Below, one piece after another: positions 28,010-40,764 of a stretch of DNA of 64,000 bases (within the stretch, counting starts at the first letter, position 1; every line of letters starts with the position of its first letter). The translations under genes were made by a program, and so were the position numbers. Under the pieces are notes generated by a model that was not told the origin of the DNA, searched no databases, and worked only from the letters and a program-made list of their open reading frames with translations. This stretch comes from Candidatus Spongiisociaceae bacterium (GTDB taxonomy: Bacteria > Actinomycetota > Acidimicrobiia > Spongiisociales > Spongiisociaceae). Location: contig OZ241841.1 in the NCBI GenBank assembly GCA_965202665.1, forward strand, positions 608,001 to 672,000, written 5' to 3'.

Positions 28010-29377
28010 ATGAGAATCCTGCTGGCCGCCGCCGAATGTTCCCCCCTGGCCCGCACCGGCGGGCTGGGCGAAGCCGTCGCCGGGTTGGGGGCGGGGTTGC
28101 GGCGGATGGGCGTGGAGGCGACCGCGGTCATCCCCGGCTATCGGCATCTGGCCGGGTTGGGGGAACCCGCGGGACAGGCGCCCGGTCCGGCGGCGGAGTT
28201 GCGTCGGGTCGACGCGGGGGAACTGCCGGTTTTGCTGGTGGACGACCCGGAGTCGTTCGACCGCCCGGGCATTTACGGCCCCGAACCCGGCTCCGGCTAC
28301 GACGACCAGTGGAGACGCTTCGGACGTTTCTCAACGGCGGTGCGGGAAATGGCCGCCGGCTACGACCTGCTCCATCTGCACGACGGGCATTGCGGCCCGG
28401 CCGCCCTGTCCGCCCCGGTTCCCACCGTGTTCACCATCCACAACGCCGCCTATTCCATCCTGGGGCCGCTTCGGGAAACCGCCCGCCTGGTGGGGGCGAC
28501 GGCGGAGGAACGGGCCCCCGGCGGGGCTTTGGAATGGTTCGGGCGGGCCAACTTTCTGAAAGCGGGAGCGGCCGGGGCGGGGGCGGCGACCGCCGTCAGC
28601 CCCGCTTTCGCCCGGGATTTAATGACCGATCCGGAGACGTCGGGGGGGTTGGACGGGGTGCTGGCCGCCCGGGGGTCGCCGGTGACGGGAATCCTGAACG
28701 GGATCGACTCCGACTCCTGGGATCCGGCCCGCGACCCGGCCCTGCCCGCTTTTTTCTCAAAAGGACGGCTGGCGGGGCGGGCCGAGGCGCGGCGGGCCCT
28801 GCTGGAACGGGCCGGTTTGGAAGAAGGGGAGATGGTGCTGGGGGCGGTGACCCGGATGACCGGCCAGAAAGGAATCGACCTGTTGCATCCGGTGATGGAC
28901 GATTTGACGGCGGAGGGCCTGCGGTTCGCTTTCGTAGGAGGGGGGGATTTGGAGGGGATGGTGGACAGGTGGGCGGAACGTCATCCGGGGGCGGTGCGAC
29001 GGTTGCCTTACGAGGAAAACCTGGCCCGGCTGGCGTGCGCCGGTTCGGACGCTTTTCTGATGCCGTCCCGGTTTGAGCCGTGCGGGTTGGGGCAGATGTA
29101 CGCCATGCGCTACGGGGCGCCGCCCATTGCGCGTCTCACCGGCGGGTTGGCCGACACGGTGTTCGACTTGGACGAGCATCCGGAGCGGGCCACCGGCTTC
29201 GGTTTCCGGTCGCCGCAACCGGAAAGCCTGGCTAAAACCATCCGCCGCGCCCGCCGAGTTTTCCAACGGCACCGCTCCGAATGGCGGCGCCTGCAACGAA
29301 ACGGAATGTCCGCCGACTTCTCCTGGACCGCCCCCGCCGCCCAATACGCCGCCCTCTACCAAGACCTAATCGCATAA
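28010..29377 (+). CDS. glgA: glycogen synthase
   Basis: E..PLARTGGLGE, FTIHN, GILNGID, QKG and MPSRFEPCGLGQMYAMRYG. Confidence 0.92.
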   Translation: MRILLAAAECSPLARTGGLGEAVAGLGAGLRRMGVEATAVIPGYRHLAGLGEPAGQAPGPAAELRRVDAGELPVLLVDDPESFDRPGIYGPEPGSGYDDQWRRFGRFSTAVREMAAGYDLLHLHDGHCGPAALSAPVPTVFTIHNAAYSILGPLRETARLVGATAEERAPGGALEWFGRANFLKAGAAGAGAATAVSPAFARDLMTDPETSGGLDGVLAARGSPVTGILNGIDSDSWDPARDPALPAFFSKGRLAGRAEARRALLERAGLEEGEMVLGAVTRMTGQKGIDLLHPVMDDLTAEGLRFAFVGGGDLEGMVDRWAERHPGAVRRLPYEENLARLACAGSDAFLMPSRFEPCGLGQMYAMRYGAPPIARLTGGLADTVFDLDEHPERATGFGFRSPQPESLAKTIRRARRVFQRHRSEWRRLQRNGMSADFSWTAPAAQYAALYQDLIA

Positions 29378-29570
29378 CCCCCGCTTAGGCAACCCATTTA
29401 GACGGAAACTGAAAACTATGCGATGAACCCGCCAGCGAGAGACCATACCTGATTTAAGCCACCGGATTAGATTATATAACTGCCTGGAAAACCAGAACCA
29501 AACAATAGCAAGAAAAAATCATCCAGGGCGTTGCTCACTAAGCAACGGTTTACATAAGGAGGTAACCGAC

Positions 29571-30637
29571 ATGATCGAAAATCTTAGGCCCGCCCGCCCG
29601 GCCGTTGCTGTTCTGCTGGTGTTGGCTGTTGTGGCTGTCGCTTGCGGTGAGCAGGAGGCTTCGTTGCCGATTGAGCCTGCTGGGCCCCGACCGGCTACCA
29701 GCACCACCACCGCCGAAGCCGCCCCCGAGGTGGTGGTGGAGGTTCCGACCGTCACCCCCCCGACTGAACCGGAGGCGGTGCTGGTGGCGGTTGAGGCGCC
29801 GCCCGCTACGACGGCCCCTGATCCGGATGTGGTGGTGACTACCCAGCCGGAGGCGGAGGAGGGGTTTGTGGTGATGAACACCTGGGTGGATGATCCCACG
29901 GTCACTGCGGAGGCTCCTACTACTACGTTGGCTCCTACGACGACTGCCGCTCCTACTACGACTACGACTGAGGCGGTGCCGGTTTCTACGATTGTGGTGG
30001 TTCCGGCTACGACTACGACGATGGCTCCGCCCACGTCTACGACCACTACGACTACTACGACTTTGGTTCCGGTTACGACTTCGACTACGGGTGCTCCTTC
30101 TACGACGGTGGTTCCGCCGATTCCTCGTGTGGGTGATGAGGGTGTGCCGGAGGTGAACGACCATGAGTCGAATGTTCGTCCGGTTGAGGTTGATTTGTCG
30201 TGGTTTCCGGAGATGAAGAATGTTATCACGTGGGAGGATTGGAACAGGGTTGATGAAGCGGCCACTCCTGAGTGGGACAGGTATGATAGTGGTAATTGCG
30301 CGCCGCGTAGGTGGTGGTCGTATCCTTTGACGATTCAGGTTGGTACGGTGATTGCAAACGCTCCGCTAGTTTCTTATTGCGATTTTACTCGTCCTCAGTC
30401 GTATGTGGTTACTCGTATGTATCCGTTGCCGGTTTGTGAAAATGAGGATCAGCGAGGGTGTTCGCACTCTACGAGTTATGAGGGGTTGGATCTGTGGCAG
30501 ATTGTGGTGTGTGGGTATACCTTTGGGGGTAGTATTGCTGATTTTGGTATTAGCTATCGTGCTGGGGCGTTGCGGCAGGATGATGGACGCTTTCGCGTGT
30601 TTACTAACTCGCTATATAGCCCGCGGGAGTGCAACAG

Positions 30638-30641
<4 letters not shown>
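29571..30641 (+). CDS. lipoprotein with a long Thr/Pro-rich linker and Cys-rich C-terminal domain
   Basis: Lipobox VAVAC-G, poly-Thr tracts, perfect SD TAAGGAGGT (29555-29563). Confidence 0.8.
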
Positions 30642-32443
<1,802 letters not shown>

Positions 32444-32518
32444 GTTCGGTTGGGTTTTCCTGCGTATACCAAGACACGATCTGCCTATACCAGACGGCGA
32501 GGGTGCGTACAATTACGC

Positions 32519-33367
32519 CTAAAGGGCACGCGACTCGGCGGCCAGGACGGTGTTGCGCATTAGCATCGCCACCGTCATCGGGCCCACCCCGCCCGGAACC
32601 GGGGTCAGGGCGAAGGCTGCTTCGGAGACCGACTCGTAATCCGCATCTCCTACTAAGCGGCCGTCGGGGGCGCGGTTGATGCCCACGTCTATCACCACCG
32701 CCCCCGGCCGGACGTATTCGGCGGTAATCATCCCCGGCGAACCCGCCGCCGCCACCACAATGTCCGCCCGCCGAGTCACCTCCGCCAAATCCCGGGTGCG
32801 GGAATGGGCGATGGTGACCGTGGCGTCCGTCCCCCGGGCGGCCAGCAGCAAAGCCAAGGGGCGCCCCACCAAAAAAGACCGCCCCACCACCGCCGCCTCC
32901 GCTCCCCGCACCGGAATGTCGTAGAAATCCAGAATGCGCAGGCATCCGGCCGGGGTGCAGGGAACCAGGCCGGGGCGGTCCATGACCAGCGCTCCCAGGT
33001 TGGCCGGGTGCAGGCCGTCGGCGTCTTTGGCCGGGTCTATCTCCATAACGGCCGCCTCCCCGTCCAGGCCGCCGGGGAGGGGAAGTTGCAGCAGAATCCC
33101 ATCCACCGCGGAATCATTATTCAGGGTTTTTATCAACCCGGTCACCTCGCCCTGCGAGGCGTTGGCGGGCAAGTCGTGATGGACGGAGGCGATTCCCGAC
33201 TCCGACGCCCGCCGCCGCTTGGACCTGATGTAAGTGCGGGAAGCCGGGTCGTCCCCCACCAGGATGGTGGCCAGGACGGGTTGGCGGCTCAGCACCCCCG
33301 CCCGTTCCCGAACCTCGTCCAGAACCGCCGCCGCCACCTGTTTGCCGTCCAAAAGGGTCGCCGCCAT
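32519..33367 (-). CDS. folD: methylenetetrahydrofolate dehydrogenase/cyclohydrolase
   Basis: GILLQLPLP, KDADG, PCTP and TPVPGGVGPMT. Confidence 0.95.
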   Translation of the reverse strand: MAATLLDGKQVAAAVLDEVRERAGVLSRQPVLATILVGDDPASRTYIRSKRRRASESGIASVHHDLPANASQGEVTGLIKTLNNDSAVDGILLQLPLPGGLDGEAAVMEIDPAKDADGLHPANLGALVMDRPGLVPCTPAGCLRILDFYDIPVRGAEAAVVGRSFLVGRPLALLLAARGTDATVTIAHSRTRDLAEVTRRADIVVAAAGSPGMITAEYVRPGAVVIDVGINRAPDGRLVGDADYESVSEAAFALTPVPGGVGPMTVAMLMRNTVLAAESRAL

Positions 33368-33388
33368 CGTCTCCCAATCCTAGAATTT

Positions 33389-34909
33389 CTAATGGCGGAA
33401 ACGGCGCCGGCCGGTGAAAAGCATTGCCAAACCCAACTGATCGGCCCGGTCGATCACCGCCTGGTCGTTCACCGAACCGCCCGGTTGCGCCACCACCGCC
33501 GCCCCGGCCGCCGCCGCCTCCTCCACCCCGTCCGGAAATGGGAAAAAGCCGTCGGAGGCGCAAGCTCCCCCCGCCGCCCGCCCCTCCGCTTTGGCGGCCG
33601 CCATCCGCACCGCCCCCACCCGGTCCGGCTGACCGGCCCCTATCCCCCACGCCGCCCCGCCCGCCGCCAGCACCGCCGCATTGGAGGAGGCCGCCGCGCA
33701 CACCCGCCACGCCAAGCGGACGTCTTCCATCTCCGCCGGGGAAGGGCGGCGGCGGGTCGCTACCCGCCACTCTGCGGGACGGTCGGCGGGGGGAGCCCCC
33801 TGCGCCAGCCAGCCGCCCGGTATCTGCCGGAAAGACAAACCGGGCGGGGGGGGCGGGGGCGGGGCTTGCAGAACCCGCGTGTTGCTACGGCGGGCGGCGA
33901 TCCGCTCCGCCGTTCCCTCCCCGAAGCCGGGGGCTATCACGACATCCGCCTGCGGGGATCGTTCCAACACCGCGGCCGTATCCGCGTCCACCGAACGGTT
34001 GACGGCCACCACCCCCCCGAAGGCCGCCCGCCGGTCGCACTCATAGGCCAGTCGCAGGGCTTGGTCCAGCCGGGGGGCGACGGCTACTCCGCACGGGTCG
34101 GCGTGTTTGACGACCGCCGCCGCCGGGCCCTCCCCCAGGCCGTTCACCAACTCCCAGCCGGCGGCCGCGTCCAGCAAATTCAGGTAACTGAGCGGCGGGC
34201 CGTTGCGCAAAACTACATTCGCCCACCAGTCGTCGTCCCCCGGCCGGCGATAGCGGGCGGCGGGCTGATCCGGGTTTTCCCCGTATCGTAGAAACTCCGC
34301 CCGTTGCAACTCCAAGCGGACAACGGGCGGCAACGGCTCCGGGGGGCTTTGGGCCGGGGCCGCCGCGGGGGCGGGCCGGGCGAACCAGTCGGCGATGGCC
34401 GCGTCGTAGGCGGCGGTGCGGGCGAAGGCGGCCCGGGCCAGGCGGAGGCGGGTTTCGGCGGACGCCGAACCCCGGGAGCGCATCTCATCCAAAACCGGCT
34501 GATAGTCGGCCGGGTCGGACAGCGCCGTCACGTAAGCGTGATTTTTGGCGGCCGCCCGCAACAGGGCGCACCCTCCTACGTCTATGTTTTCCACCCCCGG
34601 GCGGGAAAAAAACGGATAGAGGTTGACCGCCACCAGGTCGATCGGCTCAAACCCCCCTTCGGCCATCTCCGCCCGATGGGAAGAGTCTTCCCGGTCGGCC
34701 AGAATCCCGCCGTGCACCTTCGGATGCAAAGTGACCACCCGATGTCCCAGAACGGGAGGGGCCCCCGTGTATTCCGCTAAATCCCGTATCTCCGCCCCGG
34801 CCTCCCGCAAAAACCGGGCGGTGCCCGCGCTGGCCAGAACCTCCCAGCCGAGGCCGCTCAGCCCGGAGGCCAGCTCCGCCGAACCGGTTTTGTCGTAAAC
34901 CGACAGCAA
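33389..34909 (-). CDS. purH: bifunctional AICAR transformylase/IMP cyclohydrolase (start uncertain, possibly ATC 34942)
   Basis: RALLSVYDK, TLHPKVHGGIL, IDVGG..RAAAKN, LRYGENP, ASDGFFPF and TGRRRFRH. Confidence 0.93.
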   Translation of the reverse strand: MLSVYDKTGSAELASGLSGLGWEVLASAGTARFLREAGAEIRDLAEYTGAPPVLGHRVVTLHPKVHGGILADREDSSHRAEMAEGGFEPIDLVAVNLYPFFSRPGVENIDVGGCALLRAAAKNHAYVTALSDPADYQPVLDEMRSRGSASAETRLRLARAAFARTAAYDAAIADWFARPAPAAAPAQSPPEPLPPVVRLELQRAEFLRYGENPDQPAARYRRPGDDDWWANVVLRNGPPLSYLNLLDAAAGWELVNGLGEGPAAAVVKHADPCGVAVAPRLDQALRLAYECDRRAAFGGVVAVNRSVDADTAAVLERSPQADVVIAPGFGEGTAERIAARRSNTRVLQAPPPPPPPGLSFRQIPGGWLAQGAPPADRPAEWRVATRRRPSPAEMEDVRLAWRVCAAASSNAAVLAAGGAAWGIGAGQPDRVGAVRMAAAKAEGRAAGGACASDGFFPFPDGVEEAAAAGAAVVAQPGGSVNDQAVIDRADQLGLAMLFTGRRRFRH

Positions 34910-34934
34910 CGCCCGGCCCGCGGGCGGCGGCCGG

Positions 34935-35819
34935 TCAGAGATTGCGGACCACCCCGACCATCAGGGAACCCGCCTCGGTGGGGCTTTCCCCCACTTTCGC
35001 CCCGGCGGCGGTCAAAGCCTCTATTTTGGCGGCGGCGGTGCCTTTGCCGCCGGACACGATGGCCCCGGCGTGTCCCATCTTTTTGCCGGGCGGGGCGGTC
35101 ACCCCGGCGATGTAGGCCACCACCGGCTTGCTCATATGGCCGGTGATGAACTCGGCCGCCTCCTCCTCGGCCGAACCTCCGATTTCGCCGATCATCATCA
35201 CCGCCTCCGTCTCCGGGTCGGCTTCGAAAGCGGCCAGGCAGTCGATGAAAGAGGTGCCCGGCACCGGGTCGCCGCCGATGCCCACGCAGGTGGTAACCCC
35301 GATGCCGTGCTGTTTCAGTTCGTACAAAGCCTGGTAGGTGAGGGTTCCGGAGCGGCTGACGATCCCCACCGGGCCGCCCGGCTGGGCGATGTGCCCGGCG
35401 GTGATCCCCACATTGGCCTTGCCCGGACTGATCAGGCCCGGGCAGTTGGGGCCCAGCAGGCGCAGGCGCGGGTAATCCCGGCGCAGTTTGTTGAACAGCC
35501 AGGCTTCGTCTTGGGCGGGCACCCCTTCGGTTATCACCACCGCCAACTCCACCCCGCCTTCGGCGGCGTCCAAAACGGCTTCTTTCACCCCCGGAGCTGG
35601 GATGAAAACGCACGACACGTTGGCCCCGGTAGCCTGCGCCGCCTCCCCCACCGAAGCGAAAATGGGGATGCCGTCCACATCGGTTCCGGCCTTGGCGGGG
35701 TGGGTGCCCGCTACCACTTTGGTGCCGTAGCCGCGGTTGCGCAACCCGTAGAAGCGGCCCTGGCGCCCGGTCAGTCCCTGATAGACGACCCGGCTGTTTT
35801 CGTCCAGCCAGATGCTCAT
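34935..35819 (-). CDS. sucD: succinyl-CoA ligase alpha subunit
   Basis: QGLTG, GPNCPG, SRSGTLTY and MGHAGA. Confidence 0.95.
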   Translation of the reverse strand: MSIWLDENSRVVYQGLTGRQGRFYGLRNRGYGTKVVAGTHPAKAGTDVDGIPIFASVGEAAQATGANVSCVFIPAPGVKEAVLDAAEGGVELAVVITEGVPAQDEAWLFNKLRRDYPRLRLLGPNCPGLISPGKANVGITAGHIAQPGGPVGIVSRSGTLTYQALYELKQHGIGVTTCVGIGGDPVPGTSFIDCLAAFEADPETEAVMMIGEIGGSAEEEAAEFITGHMSKPVVAYIAGVTAPPGKKMGHAGAIVSGGKGTAAAKIEALTAAGAKVGESPTEAGSLMVGVVRNL

Positions 35820-36988
35820 CGCCCGCCTCCCCCGCCGGTTCCCGCCCCGGCTTGGGCGATGGCCACCGCCTGAGCCGCCCCGTCCAGCATGGAATCGGCC
35901 AGTTGCAACATGCCGGACATGCGGGGTTGCAGCATTTCCCGGCCCCGGTCGGCGTTGGTTCCGTCCAGCCGCAAAACGATCGGGGAGCGCATGGTCACCC
36001 GTTGCAGGGCGTCCAGAATGCCCTGGGCCACCACCTCCCCTTTCACTATGCCCCCGAAAATGTTGATGAAAATGGAGCGCACCGCCGGGTCGTTGTTGAT
36101 CACCTCCAAAGCGGCCGCCATCGTGTCCACATCCGCCCCCCCGCCGATGTCCAAAAAGTTGGCGGCCGCGCCCCCCGTCTGATGCACCACGTCCACGGTG
36201 CTCATGGCCAGGCCCGCGCCGTTGGCGATCACCCCCACGTATCCGTCCAAGCCCACGTATTGCAGGCCGCGCTCCCGGGCGGCGGTCTCCCGCTCGTCGC
36301 GGGGCTGGGTGGCGTCGAAAGCCCGATAGTCCTCGTGGCGGAACACGGAATTGGCGTCCAAACTGACTTTGGCGTCCAAAGCCAGCACCCGCCCGTCTTG
36401 AGTCAGGGCGAGCGGGTTGATTTCCACCAAGTCGGCGTCGCCCTCCACGTAGGCGGCGTAAAGGCTGCGCAGGATGTCCGCCGCCTGCTCCGCCGCTTGC
36501 GCAGGCAGGCGGGCGTCGGCTGCCCACCGCTTGGCGGTTTCCCCGTCCAGGCCGTCCAACGGGTCAACCCAGATTTTGGCGATGGCCTCCGGGTCGCTTT
36601 CCGCCACCTGCTCGATGTCCACCCCGCCTTGGGCGGACAAAATGCCCAGATGCAGGCGGGTGGAGCGGTCCAGGGTGAAACTGGCGTAAAACTCGGCGGC
36701 GACGTCGGAAGCCTCCTCCACCCACAGCGTGTCCACCCGGTGGCCTTTGATGTCCATTCCCAGGATGGCATCGGCGGCGGCGCGGGCCTCGGCCGCGTCC
36801 TGCGCGACCTTGATACCGCCCGCCTTGCCCCGGCCGCCGATGTGCACTTGCGCTTTCACCACCGCCGGAAAACCGATGCGCTCGGCGACCGCCGCCGCCT
36901 CTTCCGCAGTGTCCGCCGCCCCGCCCGCCGGAATCGGAATCCCGAACCGGGCGAAGAAGCGCTTGCCTTGATATTCCAGTAGGTCCAC
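35816..36988 (-). CDS. sucC: succinyl-CoA ligase beta subunit
   Basis: MDLLEYQGK, GGRGKAGG, EINPL, NGAGLAM and NIFGGI. Confidence 0.95.
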   Translation of the reverse strand: MDLLEYQGKRFFARFGIPIPAGGAADTAEEAAAVAERIGFPAVVKAQVHIGGRGKAGGIKVAQDAAEARAAADAILGMDIKGHRVDTLWVEEASDVAAEFYASFTLDRSTRLHLGILSAQGGVDIEQVAESDPEAIAKIWVDPLDGLDGETAKRWAADARLPAQAAEQAADILRSLYAAYVEGDADLVEINPLALTQDGRVLALDAKVSLDANSVFRHEDYRAFDATQPRDERETAARERGLQYVGLDGYVGVIANGAGLAMSTVDVVHQTGGAAANFLDIGGGADVDTMAAALEVINNDPAVRSIFINIFGGIVKGEVVAQGILDALQRVTMRSPIVLRLDGTNADRGREMLQPRMSGMLQLADSMLDGAAQAVAIAQAGAGTGGGGGR

Positions 36989-37079
36989 GACCCTCCTCAG
37001 TCCCGCCCGATATTATCGCCTCCCCCCGCCGAACGCGCAAAATCAGCCAATGCGTACTGTACCGTGGTAAACATAGCGT

Positions 37080-38351
37080 ATGGAACAGCCTACTGAAAAG
37101 GAAAACGAGGCACTGGCCCGAAAATTATATGCAGAGTGGGACGAGGGGCGCGGAACGTCCAAGAGCGAGCTGGAACGTCGATACTGGGGCGACGGGAGCT
37201 CCCACGGTAGAAGGTTCGACCGCTTCATCCACGATCATTTGGGTATCCAAACCGCAAAACGCTCAAAGCAAACCAACCGTATTGAAGAACTGGAGCGACA
37301 AGTACGTTCGTTAGGCTACCATCCTGTCGGAATAGAACCAACAACTGAGGAAATACACCTATTACAAAGCAGGGAGGCCTGTCTATCGGCTCTGCGAGTC
37401 TGGAATGATCCAACCTACTCCTTTCGAACTGGAGCGTTCTCCTTATTGTTTGTTACAGCATGGAACAACCTCGCCCTCGCGATGGCAATGCGCAAAGGGA
37501 TAGAATGGCGTGAGTTGGATAAAACTGGAGCACCTATCCTGATCGATGAAATGGAAAAGCCTCGCCGTACGGACGATTTGATCAATTCAATATTATCATC
37601 AGAACAATATAAAGGGTTAAAAGAAAATATAAAGTTTTGGATCAATCTCAGAAACTGTGTAGCACATCGCTATCTACCAGAATTGGACATACAAGTTATA
37701 CCGCAAGCCCAAGCAGGTCTGCTCAATTTCGAAACCACCATATCAAATCAATTTGGAAAAGAACATGGGCTTGCCGAAAAACTATCAGTTCCATTACATC
37801 TCTCCGGTTTTCGCGACCCCGACACTTATAAAAATTTCCAAAAATCTCAAGCCCGTCTCCCTTTGGATGTCCAATATCTTCTCAGTGGAGCAGAACGCTC
37901 TCCAGAATTGCTAACAGATGATACTTATGCATTAAGAGTATCTTTTATTCCTTATGTTCCCGCCTCAGGGACAAGTCCTGATGCTATAGCCCATTTTATA
38001 AAGCCCGGAGAAGTTCCTACTGAGTTAACCGAAGCTCTAACAGACTATATCGTTATATCTAAAATATCTCGTGCTCCTAGACCAAATCTAAGGCCTAGCG
38101 TCGTAGCAAATCAAGTGCGAAAACGTATTCCTTTTGGTTTCAATACTACAGATCATGCCAAAATCGCAAGATATCTAAAAATTCGACCAGAGAAAGGAGA
38201 ACCAGATAGATCTCTCGATGAAAATTTCTGCGAACATTCACCCTATGGCTATCTATATAACCAGAAATGGGTAAATCGAGTTGTAAAAGAAATATCAAAT
38301 GCCGAAGGTTACAAAAGAGCAATAGGAAGAGATCCTGTTCGTAAAAACTAA
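37080..38351 (+). CDS. DUF3644-type HEPN-domain protein (candidate defence/toxin RNase)
   Basis: SREA..AL..WNDP..FR..AF..L..AW, HEPN motif RNCVAH and QA.LLNFE; much AT-richer than the flanks. Confidence 0.72.
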   Translation: MEQPTEKENEALARKLYAEWDEGRGTSKSELERRYWGDGSSHGRRFDRFIHDHLGIQTAKRSKQTNRIEELERQVRSLGYHPVGIEPTTEEIHLLQSREACLSALRVWNDPTYSFRTGAFSLLFVTAWNNLALAMAMRKGIEWRELDKTGAPILIDEMEKPRRTDDLINSILSSEQYKGLKENIKFWINLRNCVAHRYLPELDIQVIPQAQAGLLNFETTISNQFGKEHGLAEKLSVPLHLSGFRDPDTYKNFQKSQARLPLDVQYLLSGAERSPELLTDDTYALRVSFIPYVPASGTSPDAIAHFIKPGEVPTELTEALTDYIVISKISRAPRPNLRPSVVANQVRKRIPFGFNTTDHAKIARYLKIRPEKGEPDRSLDENFCEHSPYGYLYNQKWVNRVVKEISNAEGYKRAIGRDPVRKN

Positions 38352-38392
38352 AACATCATAAGTTGGATCCCAATCAGATAAACCAATAAAGG

Positions 38393-38785
38393 CTAGCGGG
38401 GGGTGATGTTGGCCTCCACCCAGTCTGTTACTTCGGCCAGCGGGGTTCCGGGGGTGAAAACGGCGGCCAAACCCAGGTCGCGCAGGGCGGACGCGTCCTG
38501 CTCGGGGATGATCCCGCCTCCGAACACCACGATGTCGTCGATGCCCCGCTCGGCCAGGATCTCCGTTACTTTGGGGAACAGCGTCATGTGGGCGCCGGAC
38601 AGTACCGACATGCCGATGGCGTCCACATCCTCCTGCACCGCGGTTTCCACGATCTGGGCGGGGGTCTGATGCAGTCCCGAATATATCACCTCGTTGCCCG
38701 CGTCCCGCAAAGCGCGGGCGATCACCTTCGCCCCCCGGTCGTGCCCGTCCAAACCGGGTTTGGCGATGAGAATCCTCCTGGGCAC
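38393..38785 (-). CDS. cobalamin-binding subunit of a methylmalonyl-CoA mutase family enzyme
   Basis: [19 protein letters not shown] and GGIIP. Confidence 0.92.
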   Translation of the reverse strand: MPRRILIAKPGLDGHDRGAKVIARALRDAGNEVIYSGLHQTPAQIVETAVQEDVDAIGMSVLSGAHMTLFPKVTEILAERGIDDIVVFGGGIIPEQDASALRDLGLAAVFTPGTPLAEVTDWVEANITPR

Positions 38786-38798
38786 TCCGCCTGCTCCT

Positions 38799-39953
38799 TT
38801 ACCCGGAATAGCCGCCGGGACGGGCGGGACCTGACAGGCGGCTGCGTTCGGCTTCGATGTCGCCCATCATCTGGCGGTGGGCGTCGGCGAATTTGGCCAC
38901 CCCTTCCCGTTCCAAAACTTCGGTCACATCGTCGAGATCCACCCCGGCTTCGGCCAGGGCGTCCAAAACGGCAGCCGCTTCGTTCATCTGTTCGATGTTC
39001 AGCACCGGGGGGCGGTCGGGGCCCGACTCCTGGTAGGAGGCGATGGTGGATTCGGGCATGGTGTTGACCGTGCACGGAGCGGCCAGGGAATCCACGTAGA
39101 GGGTGGGCGAATAAGCCGGGTTCTTGGTGGAAGTGGAGGCCCATAACGGGCGTTGCGCCCGCCCCCCGGCCGCCTGCAACGCCCGCCAGCGGTCGGAGGA
39201 GAACATCCGCAGGAACTCCAGATAGGCCACCCGGGCGTTGGCCACCGCCGCCCGGCCCCGCAGGCCCAGCGCCCTCTCCGAGCCGACGGCTTCCAGCCGG
39301 GCGTCGGTTTCGCTGTCCACCCGGGAAACGAAAAAGGAGGCCACCGACGCCACCCGGGACGGGTCGCCGCCCGTATCCCGCAACCGTTCCAAGCCGGACA
39401 GGTAAGCGTTCATCACCGCCCGGTAGCGGTCGCGGGAGAAAATGAGGGTCACATTGACCGACACCCCTTCCGCGGTCAGGGACTCGATGGCCCCCAACCC
39501 GGGCGCGGTGGCCGGGACTTTGATCAGCAGATTGGGACGGTCCACCCGTTTCACCCAATCCCGGGCCTCCTCGGCCGTCCCTTCGGCGTCGTCCGCCAAC
39601 TCCGGGGAAACCTCCACCGAAACGAACCCGTCCGCCCCGCCCGAACTTTCGAACACCGGGGCCAGGATGTCGCACGCCCCCCGGATGTCCTGCGTCACCA
39701 CCGCCGTGTAAATCTCCTCGGTGGAGGCCCCCCGGGCCGCCATTTCCCCCACTTGCCGGTCGTAGGAATCCCCCGCCCGCAACGCGGCCGCAAAAATGGA
39801 GGGATTGGAGGTGAGCCCGGTGACCGCGTTGCGTTCCATATGCGAGGCCAGGGCGCCGGAGGCCAGCATCTCCCGGGACAGGGAATCCAGCCACACCGAC
39901 TGCCCCACCGAAGCCAGGTTGTGAAGTTTGGATGTTTGGGTCTTAGGGGACAC
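38799..39953 (-). CDS. tal: transaldolase
   Basis: [26 protein letters not shown] and [10 protein letters not shown]. Confidence 0.95.
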   Translation of the reverse strand: MSPKTQTSKLHNLASVGQSVWLDSLSREMLASGALASHMERNAVTGLTSNPSIFAAALRAGDSYDRQVGEMAARGASTEEIYTAVVTQDIRGACDILAPVFESSGGADGFVSVEVSPELADDAEGTAEEARDWVKRVDRPNLLIKVPATAPGLGAIESLTAEGVSVNVTLIFSRDRYRAVMNAYLSGLERLRDTGGDPSRVASVASFFVSRVDSETDARLEAVGSERALGLRGRAAVANARVAYLEFLRMFSSDRWRALQAAGGRAQRPLWASTSTKNPAYSPTLYVDSLAAPCTVNTMPESTIASYQESGPDRPPVLNIEQMNEAAAVLDALAEAGVDLDDVTEVLEREGVAKFADAHRQMMGDIEAERSRLSGPARPGGYSG

Positions 39954-40016
39954 TGAAACTCCCGTAGGTTGCGACGGCTCCCCATTCTACCCGGCGCGGC
40001 GCCCCCGCCGCCTGAG

Positions 40017-40730
40017 TTATCCCGTATCCGCAGGACCGGAAGACCCTTGTCGCAGCTTTTCCAACGGAAGAAACGCCAGCAGAAGAGTTTTGCGCCCCGC
40101 CCAATCGAAATCGATCATCACCTCAACGCCGAAACCGGTACCGCTGACACCGCAAACCTGCCCCTCCCCGAACTTTCCAAGGTTCACCCGATCCCCCACC
40201 TGCGGCATGTTCTTCCGCAGGTTGCGGAAAAACTTGGCCGCGCCCGGCACCGTCGCATCCTCCGCTCCCGTATCGAAGTCACCTGCTTCTGGGTTATCCA
40301 ATATCTCTATATCCAACCAGAGTCCCGCCAACGGCAAAACTGTGGGGCCGTTCGCCTCAAAATTGATCTCCACTGCCGCCTCACGGCCGGAGCCGCGGAA
40401 TTCAAACACCTCACCCACCCCGAACTTGTCGTGACGCACCCGCTCCCCAGCGAACAAAACCTCCCAATCTGGCGAAAACCTCTCCAACGGAGCCCATTTC
40501 AGCGACAAAAGCTTGGACCCTTTTTTATCAAAATCGACCACCGCTTCAGATTCACAGCCGGAGCCGCGAATGTCGCACACCTTCCCCACCCCGAACTGGT
40601 CGTGGCGCACCCATTCCCCCACCTGCAACTCATCCCCCCTCAATCTACGGCGGGGGCCACCCTCGTCCGACCGCTCGTCGCCGGCCTTGTCTTGGAACAC
40701 TGGAACTCCCGTAGTCAAACCTGCGCCCAC
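40017..40730 (-). CDS. protein of three tandem PcrA/UvrD C-terminal Tudor-like domains
   Basis: Three copies of G[DE]xVxHxxFGxGxV..G.G..(V)xF..G.K.L.L..L, directly alignable to the C-terminus of the adjacent PcrA. Start may be TTG 40718. Confidence 0.82.
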   Translation of the reverse strand: MGAGLTTGVPVFQDKAGDERSDEGGPRRRLRGDELQVGEWVRHDQFGVGKVCDIRGSGCESEAVVDFDKKGSKLLSLKWAPLERFSPDWEVLFAGERVRHDKFGVGEVFEFRGSGREAAVEINFEANGPTVLPLAGLWLDIEILDNPEAGDFDTGAEDATVPGAAKFFRNLRKNMPQVGDRVNLGKFGEGQVCGVSGTGFGVEVMIDFDWAGRKTLLLAFLPLEKLRQGSSGPADTG

Positions 40731-40764
40731 TCTACCGCCCCCCGCCCCCGCTTGGAGGGCCGGG

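Noticed and set aside
32462-32495. Short imperfect direct repeat GC(G/C)TATACCA(A)GAC
   Set aside because: Only two short copies; no matching att-like copy found at the other end of the islet.
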